A stretch of 64,000 nt of DNA from Oligoflexales bacterium (lineage in GTDB: Bacteria > Bdellovibrionota_B > Oligoflexia > Oligoflexales > Bog-1112): NCBI GenBank assembly GCA_045106415.1, contig JBGCEP010000006.1, positions 1-64,000 of the forward strand, written 5' to 3'. Shown here piece after piece: positions 48,801-56,464 of the stretch. Positions within the stretch are counted from its first letter, which is position 1, and every line of letters begins with the position of its first letter. Both the position numbers and the translations under genes were made by a program. Under the pieces are notes generated by a model. It was given only the letters and a program-made list of their open reading frames with translations, had not been told where the DNA came from and ran no database searches.

Positions 48801-49301
48801 TTACAATTACCAGACCTAAAATGTAAAGAATTTTTTGAGGTTCAGGTGTCTTGGGCCACGAATGAAAGTATTTTGGCCACAGAATCAATAAAGAAAAAAA
48901 TTGGAGCTGAGCAAGTTCTTTTAGGAGAGTGGGAGAAGTATCGTGATATTAGGTATGATAATGACGTTGAGTTAGACTTATACATTGATGCTGAGGGAGA
49001 TGTTTCTGATCGTTTTCAAGTAGGTTTAACTTTAACGCACAACTGGTTCGGTGACCTTCAGGTGGATTTGATTCATCCCTCAGGAAAAGAAGTGCGGTTG
49101 ATAGGAGATTCTCGCGATGATGAAAGCTATTTTTCTGGCTGGCTTCCTAAAGATAGGCATCCTGTTGAAAATATGAATAAAATAATTGGCCTCCCATTAA
49201 GAGGCCTTTGGAAATTAAGGGTGAAGGACATTCAACCCGATGAGCATGGCGCGATCACAGGTTGGAAACTCAGAGATTATGTGAATGTAGGGTGCGGATA
49301 A
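45831..49301 (+). CDS. Large exported M36 (fungalysin)-like metallopeptidase with a C-terminal proprotein convertase P-domain
   Basis: Lipobox-like LSS-C; GGVDDAEDPDVIIHELTHA...GEGAGD; C-terminal HNWFGDLQVDLIHPSG...GLWKLRVKD...GAITGWKL. The true start may be 45861 or 45867. Confidence 0.8.
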   Translation: MRFTEKVRALVKMILFFLVFNILSSCEQIPDSELSVTKLMMDVDHLLKLTASDQEIVIPRNIPEGATLSAKGWFSWRPESSRVHHNELIEVLYWLKKNDEKIIQKSLFFQIVSFDESLKKSEELVCLRDFKFKKNHPHQKFLLLQNQPLNEIIYKKSIHIISQENNENSLYEVDLTCVSHPDEVTEEKKEFKKSHHVLLLNNFSTWDFNPEGNKYDYAIEKGGIGLHLSEDGYLHFKSDISQKKQHPTMISFWVTDGFSSWREQALIRFDKKCEKIEHQYSQVNSPRVNFRDRGIDYFASKFDQKSCVQKIFNVKTQGEFPNVLWEIIQNQGTAMQSIVIKTSPYKGYLNISLNPQIDFEKDILSLDKKSELEWVISFLPGPGSGERNISFIADNGRSKKIFHIKTHVEEIKTKKSLSSTFHTHGGLKLYLIKDLDKNKHLSVSDQLKEYLHLYRINQINLILNRKKESFLGSHYIYDFYREGKKYLDQNFIVSTYRNEIQQEIIYSIYNGIMSLSDEFGSSGQENTFFSGRREVRREVSRLKNPPVSVEYLKDVHTEEVLSKSMLSSSRYQIYLPRNLHQNNTLRATYQNHLKIDRSTELTSGRALVFEISPFFSLKDPLLSDSSPHELFYQAYQWRSLKNIQLDRGIFKLAGPRVQILDRQAPFTGQGDQSHDVWKKGRGSTSWLAAQTYYHLDSMLGYLEKIGFSEDKTLVSYPLTADPDAMNGSDNSSYDPVLKSLFFGRGGVDDAEDPDVIIHELTHALLDSMIPNFKGGDSGAIGEGAGDDLAVSYRRRHSISHDVNSKIFSWDGMHSWGGRRTNVLYSFYNHGVDHDAHMDMGGFLSDELWSTPLVTAREILLKKGYSHEILDRVILQGYLGIGYSPKMRDVATHIVHVAKIMGYEEIAEVFLDRFHWHGILSDKTKKIFLKVGKNQGLWASNKKIKIPLHLANYSSQDLESSMVFISGEKIQVPPLFIPKLKSAENKNIFVDLQLPDLKCKEFFEVQVSWATNESILATESIKKKIGAEQVLLGEWEKYRDIRYDNDVELDLYIDAEGDVSDRFQVGLTLTHNWFGDLQVDLIHPSGKEVRLIGDSRDDESYFSGWLPKDRHPVENMNKIIGLPLRGLWKLRVKDIQPDEHGAITGWKLRDYVNVGCG

Positions 49302-49319
49302 ATAAAGGGAGAATTTTAA

Positions 49320-49604
49320 ATGGATCAAAATCTTAAAGAAAATCTTAAGCATGAAGACACATGGAAGCGTGGATTTATTATGCTGCTCTTTATTATCTGC
49401 TATGCGGTTGCAGAAGGTGTTGCTTCAGTTGTCATGATTATCCAATTTTTATGGGTCTTAATCACTCGTCAGCCTAACCCTAAATTGACGATGCTTGGCT
49501 GTGATTTGGCAAGTTACTTTCAGCAGCTTGTCTTATATTTGACATGGAATCATGACCAGAAACCTTGGCCTATTGGTGATTGGCCATCAACGAAGAAAAA
49601 ATAG
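49320..49604 (+). CDS. DUF4389-like small membrane protein
   Basis: WKRGFIMLLF...QFLWVLIT..PNPKL...YLTWNHDQKPWP. Confidence 0.8.
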   Translation: MDQNLKENLKHEDTWKRGFIMLLFIICYAVAEGVASVVMIIQFLWVLITRQPNPKLTMLGCDLASYFQQLVLYLTWNHDQKPWPIGDWPSTKKK

Positions 49605-49614
49605 AGACACTGAT

Positions 49615-51633
49615 ATGCATATTTTTCCAGATTCGAAGAAAATTCGTGTGGTTTTTGCTAGCCGGGCTGAAGAACTCCTCTATGAAGAGTGTGTTTCTCA
49701 GTTAAAGGGTGATTGGCGTGTTTATTATTCCTGTAATTTATCAGATGTCGATCAACAAAGAGGTTTGCAAGATAATGAAATTGACTTTGTTTTATACCAC
49801 CCGAAGTGGGGACTTTTTGTTGTTGAAGTTAAAGGCGGGCGAGTGCGTTATGATAAAGACGCAAGGAGTTATTTTTCTGTAGATCGTTATGATAGGTCTC
49901 ATAGAATTAAAAATCCATTTAAACAAGCTTTAGTGTGGAAAAGCCGTTTTTATCGCTACTTGAAAAAAAGATCTGTTCATGTCCCTATGGTTCACGTGGT
50001 CTGTTTACCTTCTGTTGATGCTCAAAATTTCCCTGAAATGAGCGGTGTCGAAAAAAAGTTGCTAGTTGGTCGCGCAGAAATGAATGATCTGGAGAGAAAC
50101 TTTATTCAAATTGCAGAAGCTTCACATCAGTCTCATTATCTCGATTTTAAAGATGTTGGTACTAAACTTGATACTATTCTTGTCGGTTCAAATTTTTCCA
50201 CCAAACTACACATACGTGATTATATAGATCACCATGAACTTAAAGTGAAAGATTATGAAACGATTTATGAAACATTAATGACTCCTATTGCCAGCCGAGA
50301 GCAACTTGCTGTAGAGGGTGAGGCTGGTACAGGAAAAACGCTGATAGCCATATTATTGGCAACACACTTTAGGGACCAAGATCAAAAAGTTCTTCTTCTT
50401 TCATCCAACCCTGTTTTGAATAGTTTTTTAAAAGATCAGGTTGGTGTTGGGATTGAGGTTGAAACTTATGTTGATTTCGCAAAAAAATTTGGAGTGAATT
50501 TACTTAAGTCTCCTTCAGGTTATGAAGGAAGTAAAACAGACTGGAGTCAAATTGATGCGCCAGTACTTTTTAGAGACTATGTCGATAAATTAGAAGAAAA
50601 TGAAAGATTTGATGTTTTAATTTGCGATGAAGCACAAGATGTCCAACCTTTTTGGTGGGACCCTATTCGAGCTTTAGTGAAAGAAAATGGTCGTTTTTAT
50701 TTGTTTTTTGACCGATCACAAGGAGTGTTTGGTTCAGGTGGTTCGGATAAAAAATTTGATCCAGATGAAGCGTTGCCTATACCTGGCCCATTTTTTCCAT
50801 TAGTGCACAGTTATAGAACTACAAAAGAAATAGCAAGTTTTGCAAGGCCTTTTCGTACAGGTGGAGATGTTCTTCATAGTCACTGTGGCCGGATGGGGTA
50901 TGTTCCAGAGGTTATAGAATATTCGGATGAGAATGATTTTCAAGTTCAAATGACAAGGCTTGTAAGAAAGCTTGTGTTCCAGGAGTTTTTGCAGCCAGAT
51001 GAGGTCACTCTACTCTCAGCAAGAGAGCCTGATCATGAAGCTTCAATGATGAAAAATATACATGAAATAGCAAGGCTGAAAATCCATCGAATGAAAGTAA
51101 AAGAAGGTGATGAATGGAAAAAGATTAATGCTGGAAAAAATCAAATAGCTCTATCTACGATATCAAAATTTAAAGGTTTGGAAACAAAAGTAGGAATTAT
51201 AGTTAATATAAGTGAATATAATCTTCCTTTATCGAATCCAATTATGTCTTCATTGTTTTATGTGGCGTGTACTCGAGCGAAACATATGTTGTATGTTTTT
51301 GTTAAAAAAGACACGGATAAATCTTTTTATCTGAAAAAGTCTCTTGATAATATAGACCACTCAGGAACTATGGTTGTTCGTGGTGGGGAAAGAGATTTTA
51401 GGCTTACAGGTGTGGTTCGCTACTATAACTCAGATAGAGTTGGATGGCTTAGAATATCTGAAAATAATGTTGATAAAAAAATGATCATGTTTTTCCCTGA
51501 AGATGTCAAAATAGCTGGGTTGTCGAACCTTATTGAAAAAGGAACAAAGCTAGATTTTAGATTGCAAGCAGAATCACATGAAGTTTGTGCTGTTGATCTT
51601 CAGTTGTCGAAAAAACCTGAGTTTTCAGAGTGA
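49615..51633 (+). CDS. NERD nuclease - superfamily 1 helicase - cold-shock/OB domain fusion
   Basis: EIDFV...VVEVKGG (NERD); GEAGTGKT, CDEAQD, SYRTT, KFKGLE, YVACTRA; C-terminal GVVRYYNSDRVGWL...AVDL. Confidence 0.85.
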   Translation: MHIFPDSKKIRVVFASRAEELLYEECVSQLKGDWRVYYSCNLSDVDQQRGLQDNEIDFVLYHPKWGLFVVEVKGGRVRYDKDARSYFSVDRYDRSHRIKNPFKQALVWKSRFYRYLKKRSVHVPMVHVVCLPSVDAQNFPEMSGVEKKLLVGRAEMNDLERNFIQIAEASHQSHYLDFKDVGTKLDTILVGSNFSTKLHIRDYIDHHELKVKDYETIYETLMTPIASREQLAVEGEAGTGKTLIAILLATHFRDQDQKVLLLSSNPVLNSFLKDQVGVGIEVETYVDFAKKFGVNLLKSPSGYEGSKTDWSQIDAPVLFRDYVDKLEENERFDVLICDEAQDVQPFWWDPIRALVKENGRFYLFFDRSQGVFGSGGSDKKFDPDEALPIPGPFFPLVHSYRTTKEIASFARPFRTGGDVLHSHCGRMGYVPEVIEYSDENDFQVQMTRLVRKLVFQEFLQPDEVTLLSAREPDHEASMMKNIHEIARLKIHRMKVKEGDEWKKINAGKNQIALSTISKFKGLETKVGIIVNISEYNLPLSNPIMSSLFYVACTRAKHMLYVFVKKDTDKSFYLKKSLDNIDHSGTMVVRGGERDFRLTGVVRYYNSDRVGWLRISENNVDKKMIMFFPEDVKIAGLSNLIEKGTKLDFRLQAESHEVCAVDLQLSKKPEFSE

Positions 51634-51645
51634 TGAGAGGTTGTT

Positions 51646-52338
51646 TTGAATTTCTTTTATTTATTTGTATCTTTTTTTTATAGCTTGTCTGCATTTTCAA
51701 TTGGACAACATGATGTGGTTGAAGTGATGTATGCTGTTGCATATAAGCAGGGAACCAACGATGTTCTTTATAAAGAAGAGCATCAGATGACTTATCGAGA
51801 AGGAAAAATTTTCAAATCAAAGACATTGTATAAAGATTCTTATAATAGCATTATTGCTAGTATGATATCTGATTATAGTCGAAGTGTAATGCTTCCTAGT
51901 TGTGTGTTTAAAGATTTTAAAGCAAAAAAATCTGAAGGCCTTATTTTTAGAAATGGAAAATATTTCATCTTTTCAGAGGAAGAAAAAGGAAAAAGAAAAG
52001 AAAAGCTTTTGGAGAAAACAAAAGAAATTTTCTCTTGTCAAGGATGGCATTATTATCTTGTGAATAGGTTAGATGAAATCGGTGAGGAAGGATTAGAGTT
52101 TAATCTCATTTTTCCATCGCAGCTTGATTACTATGCTTTTGATTTGAAAAAAGAAGGGGGATCAGAGAATTTGTTATCGTTAAGTTTACAATTTAGCAAT
52201 TGGTTTATTCGAATTTTCGCCCCTCGTTTAGACTTGGTCTATGATACACAGAAAAAAAAATTAGTCTCATATCAAGGTCCTTCAAATCTTATGGACGCAG
52301 AAGGTGAAGTTCAGTATGTAAAGGTCATTTATCAATAA
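51646..52338 (+). CDS. Hypothetical exported protein
   Basis: Signal peptide; beta-rich; ends LVYD...LVSYQGPSNL. Confidence 0.7.
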   Translation: MNFFYLFVSFFYSLSAFSIGQHDVVEVMYAVAYKQGTNDVLYKEEHQMTYREGKIFKSKTLYKDSYNSIIASMISDYSRSVMLPSCVFKDFKAKKSEGLIFRNGKYFIFSEEEKGKRKEKLLEKTKEIFSCQGWHYYLVNRLDEIGEEGLEFNLIFPSQLDYYAFDLKKEGGSENLLSLSLQFSNWFIRIFAPRLDLVYDTQKKKLVSYQGPSNLMDAEGEVQYVKVIYQ

Positions 52339-52599
52339 GCAATCTATACGATTGTTTTTTAAAATTCTTAAGCGAAATGGTTGAATAATTTTCTTTCTCT
52401 TTTTTTTAATTTTCTTTTTACTATTGATGCTTTAGCGTGAATTAGCAGAGTCATTCATATTGTGTGTGGATATTGCGGTTGACAAGCATCTTTATTTATA
52501 TGAGTGTAGCCCAGGCATCATTGCTTAATATCTATTTTTCGAGTGTAATTTTTAATTTTTATTACAAAAAATTGACTGGAAAAAATTTAGAGGGTTCCA

Positions 52600-53721
52600 G
52601 TGAAGCGTATTTATATACATGGGGTTGGGGCTGTTTCAGGCCGTGGCTATGGGCTTGAACAGCATCGTCAACCATGGTCGCAATGTCGGATGTCTCGCTA
52701 CGACGGCATAGGGTGGGGCGTTTCTGTTCATGAGAATGTGGAAGCTCAACTTAAGAATTTTTCATCTACATTAAAAAAATTTGATCGAGCAACACAACTT
52801 GGTGTGTTAGCAGCAGAGCTTGCATTGATGAATTCTTCATTTTCTTATGATAAATCGAAAATGGGTGTTGTTGTAGGCTCATCGCGCGGATCTACTCAAA
52901 CTTTAGAAGAACAGTATCGTCTTTTTTTAGAAGGATCTGCTATTTCTAGTTTTTGTAGCCCGTTGACCACTGCAGGGGTGTTTTCAGCAGCGATCGCTCG
53001 TGAATTTGGGTTATTTGGAATGCAGGTAAGCGTTTCAAATGCTTGTGCTACAGGTTTGCAGGCGTTCGGCCTTGCGCTCTCTTTAGTCTCTTCAGGTGTT
53101 GTGCCTGCTTGTTTGACGGGTGGAGCGGAAGCTCCCTTGACTTCTTTTACATTTGAACAATTTAAGAGGTTGCGCTTACTTAGTCAACATTCAGCTCCTT
53201 GGCCATTAAGGCCAAGAGAGTCGACTGGAATGGCTCTTGGTGAGGGAGCGGGATGTCTTGTGATATCAAGTGAAAAATCAGATGTGTTAGTGCGAGGTTT
53301 TGGATCATCTTCTGAAGAAGGTAGCTTAACCGGTGTGAGTAATACAGCTTTAAGTCTACAGGCAGCAATTGTTCAATGTTTAGGTTGTTCTGGTTTAAAA
53401 ATATCAGATATTGACCTCATTGTAGGCCATGGTGTCGGCACTAAAGTAGGTGATCTTGCAGAAAAAGCTGGATTAGAAGCTCTTGGTGCAAAAAACATTC
53501 CATGGGTGTCTCATAAATGGGCTCTCGGCCATACTTTAGGTGCAGCTGGAAGTTTGTCGATTGCGTTCGCTGTTGATATGTTGCGAGGCGCAAAAATAAA
53601 GAATTGCTCATGGTATCAATCAAAAGAATTAGATGTAGATCTTCATAATATATTGGTCGTTGCTATGGGATTTGGTGGTATAGCATCTGCAGTTTTGATA
53701 AGTAAAAATTTAGAAAGATAG
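52600..53721 (+). CDS. Beta-ketoacyl synthase (FabF/FabB-like)
   Basis: NACATG (Cys), HGVGT (His), K..LGHTLGAAG (His), GFGG. Confidence 0.88.
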   Translation: MKRIYIHGVGAVSGRGYGLEQHRQPWSQCRMSRYDGIGWGVSVHENVEAQLKNFSSTLKKFDRATQLGVLAAELALMNSSFSYDKSKMGVVVGSSRGSTQTLEEQYRLFLEGSAISSFCSPLTTAGVFSAAIAREFGLFGMQVSVSNACATGLQAFGLALSLVSSGVVPACLTGGAEAPLTSFTFEQFKRLRLLSQHSAPWPLRPRESTGMALGEGAGCLVISSEKSDVLVRGFGSSSEEGSLTGVSNTALSLQAAIVQCLGCSGLKISDIDLIVGHGVGTKVGDLAEKAGLEALGAKNIPWVSHKWALGHTLGAAGSLSIAFAVDMLRGAKIKNCSWYQSKELDVDLHNILVVAMGFGGIASAVLISKNLER

Positions 53722-53728
53722 GTCTTTT

Positions 53729-54691
53729 ATGCTTGAGTCTTTTCGAAAGTTTTTTCCTGGTTTATGTCTTGTTACGTTTGTAGCATGTGCAGCTAAAATT
53801 TTGTCTCCAACTTTGCCAGGTTTGGGTGCCGCAACCTTAGCTGTGCTTTTAGGAATGATGGTTCGCTTTGTGTTGCCGGATAATGGTATGTGGAAGTACG
53901 GAGTGCGATGGGTTGAAAAAAAGGTTCTTGGGGTCGCAGTAGCCCTTTTGGGTTTTGGTCTTGATGTTGAGTTTTTAGTGAATATGGGTCAAGGAGCTTT
54001 GGCTGTTCTTAGTTTATCTGTGATAGCAACGCTTTTACTAGGCTTGGTAATTATTCGAGTGATCCGAGTCAACTGGCACTGTGGTTTTTTAATTGCTATT
54101 GGCAATGCTTTTTGTGGTGCTTCAGCCATTGTGGCATCAGCAGGAGTTTTGAAAAGTGATAGCAAAGACATAGCGCTTTCGGTTGGGGTTATCAGTCTTT
54201 TAGGTACAGCGGGGATCTTCTTTATGCCGCCGTTGGTTCATTTTTTAGACCTGAGTGTAAGAGATGCTGCATTGTTGTCAGGTGGTGGGCTGCAAGCTAT
54301 AGGACATGTCGCTGCTGTGGGCCATAGTTTGGGTGAAGAAATAGCTGAGTTAGCCATGGCTTTTAAGATGTTTCGGATTATTTTACTCATACCTTTTTTG
54401 ATGATTTTAGGTTTATGGGGTGGTAGTTCAAAAAGAGCTGTTATGCCACCTTATTATGTCTTTGGATTTGCATTAGCTATTCTAATGCGGTGGTTTGAGT
54501 TGATTTCATATGAGTTGGCAGAATCAATTGGTGATGTAGCGCATATGCTCCTTGTGGGCATTATGGCAGGCTTAGGCTTAGGTATTGACCTGCCTTCTCT
54601 CATGAGGCAAGGGTCTAAAATTATAGTTATGGGAGTTATGAGTTTTATGAGTTTGTTGGGTGTTGTATACGGCCTTTCGCAAGTTTTTTGA
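53729..54691 (+). CDS. YeiH/UPF0324 putative sulfate exporter family membrane protein
   Basis: LIAIGNAFCGASAI, KMFRIILL; multiple TM segments. Confidence 0.88.
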   Translation: MLESFRKFFPGLCLVTFVACAAKILSPTLPGLGAATLAVLLGMMVRFVLPDNGMWKYGVRWVEKKVLGVAVALLGFGLDVEFLVNMGQGALAVLSLSVIATLLLGLVIIRVIRVNWHCGFLIAIGNAFCGASAIVASAGVLKSDSKDIALSVGVISLLGTAGIFFMPPLVHFLDLSVRDAALLSGGGLQAIGHVAAVGHSLGEEIAELAMAFKMFRIILLIPFLMILGLWGGSSKRAVMPPYYVFGFALAILMRWFELISYELAESIGDVAHMLLVGIMAGLGLGIDLPSLMRQGSKIIVMGVMSFMSLLGVVYGLSQVF

Positions 54692-54774
54692 TAAGAGTGT
54701 TACAGTATTGGAGGATTTTTTTAATCATAAATTTAATATGTTACGACGGCTGGTGTGAATTTACTTAAATCTAC

Positions 54775-55408
54775 CTACGCAGATTTAAAATCAAATTTTT
54801 GCTTCAGAGAAGATAGTTTCACTTTTCTCATATGAGAAAAGTCAGAGTCTTCTTCTCCACAAACTGACACCGCGCAGCTCGCGGCCATCTTTAGATTTAA
54901 AGTAGCGTTGATATCTCTATCATGCTGCAAAGAACAGTTTGTACATGTCCAAAATCTTTGAGATAGTTGAATGTCATGTCGAGTCAAACACTCCGAGCAC
55001 AGCTTTGTTGAAGGAAAGAAACGGTCTATAACCACAACCTGAGACCGAGTTGTCTTCTAAACTCATAAAAAACCATATCTGCTATAGACCTTGCCCCCTT
55101 TTTTCTTATACTGAGGATAGGAAACTTTCTTCTGAAAAAACCTCTGGTAAGCTGTCCCAAGATTTTTAATAGCCTACTGAGGAGCACACTTATTAACCTC
55201 AAGCATCCAAGGGTATTGCTCCCTTTCAATAGTAAGTATTGAGCTCTTTGCGTAAACCCATCTCGTTTGGTTTTTCACCAAGTTTATAGAGTTTTTTCCA
55301 ACGGCTTAAGCCCCAATTATAGGAAAAACGAGCTATCCCTGCAGATTTATCACAGAAAGCTCTTTGTTTATTATTGGGATTTAAAGCAATTTTATGAACT
55401 CGAATCAT
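54775..55408 (-). pseudogene. tnpB: IS607-family TnpB, frameshifted and internally deleted
   Basis: Fragments MIRVHKIALNPNNKQ...ARFSYNWGL; SIADMVFYEFRRQL; DRFFPSTKLCSEC...CTNC..HDRDINATLNL. The RuvC-I region is missing. Confidence 0.9.
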
Positions 55409-55482
55409 GAGGCCACTTTTTTCTTAAGGTGGCGGCGTCTTCCATAATGGCGAGCGGAGAATACTGTCATCAAAGTGATGAC
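55405..55482 (-). pseudogene. tnpA: IS607-family TnpA C-terminal remnant
   Basis: Minus strand reads VITLMTVFSARHYGRRRHLKKKVAS*; the stop overlaps the tnpB start (ATGA). Not in the ORF track. Confidence 0.85.
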
Positions 55483-55520
55483 TGGAATTCCACAAAAAAA
55501 TTGACACTTGGGGAATTCCA

Positions 55521-56324
55521 ATGTTTAAAACAATCCCGTAAGACGATTTATAAATGGCAATTAAAGTTGAGGACAATAGGGTCTATGGAATCTAATAAAA
55601 ATGGGCCCAAAGGGATGTCGAAAAAAATAAAAGATCTTAATGTTTTAAAATTTGTAGAAAAAAAAGCAGATCACAATTCAGAAGAAATAGCCAAGGATTG
55701 AGGTATATCACTGGTTCTACCATACGATGGTATTTACGCAGTGTGAATTTCACATATAATAAAAATATTTGGATGCAAAAAACGTTGTGAAATAAAGTGA
55801 GGTGTTTTTCAAAAGAAAATCAGTGACAAATCTGAGAAGAAATTATTTTTTGGTATGAAATGTGGCGTTAAACATAATGAAGCATGATCAATATGGTTAG
55901 GTGTACAAAAGCTCAAATCTTTATGGCTTTAAAGGAAGTTCACAATATAATGCTGTGAATATTATTGGATCCTTAACCTTTAAAAGGAGAGCTGATTGCT
56001 CCTTTTGTTTTTGAAGGGACCTGTGACGTCGAGGTCTTCAAGGCTTATATTAAGTTTGTTTTTAAGCTCTTATTTAAATGAAAATGTTGTCGTAGTACTT
56101 GATAACGCATCATTTCATAGTGCTTCAGATATTATCGAAATAGTAAAAGAAAAAGGAACTGAAGTTATTTATCTTCCTCCATATAGTTCAGGATTTAAAC
56201 CAACAAAACATGAATGCAATAGTGTTAAAAAAAAATCAGGAAAATTTTAAAAGATGGATGCGATTCAGTTTTTTAAGCAACTTGTAAAGCACTAAAAAGT
56301 GTGTAAAAAAACGTTAATGCTATA
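55521..56324 (+). mobile_element. Degraded IS630-family element
   Basis: SRKTIYKW HTH fragment; VVVLDNASFH and YLPPYS DDE motifs; multiple stops and frameshifts; possible right end ...GCTATA at 56324. Confidence 0.8.
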
Positions 56325-56464
56325 AAAAAATAAAATTACAAAAATGTCACTTTGGAATGATCAATGTCGGATAAATTGTGTGGGCCTCAGTAACTTATCC
56401 TTTGAATTTTACTGAGAAGTGAGGTGTTTAGAATTTTAAATGTTTCATAGTAGAGAGTTATGTT

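Noticed and set aside
54730..55408. Active TnpB/omegaRNA RNA-guided nuclease
   Set aside because: tnpB is frameshifted and lacks most of its middle, including RuvC-I. An omegaRNA remnant may overlap the 3' end but I cannot delimit it.
55429..55482. Plus-strand MAASSIMASGE resembling the TnpB C-terminal MAASCAVSVCGE
   Set aside because: The minus strand gives a much better match to the IS607 TnpA C-terminus, so the similarity is coincidental.
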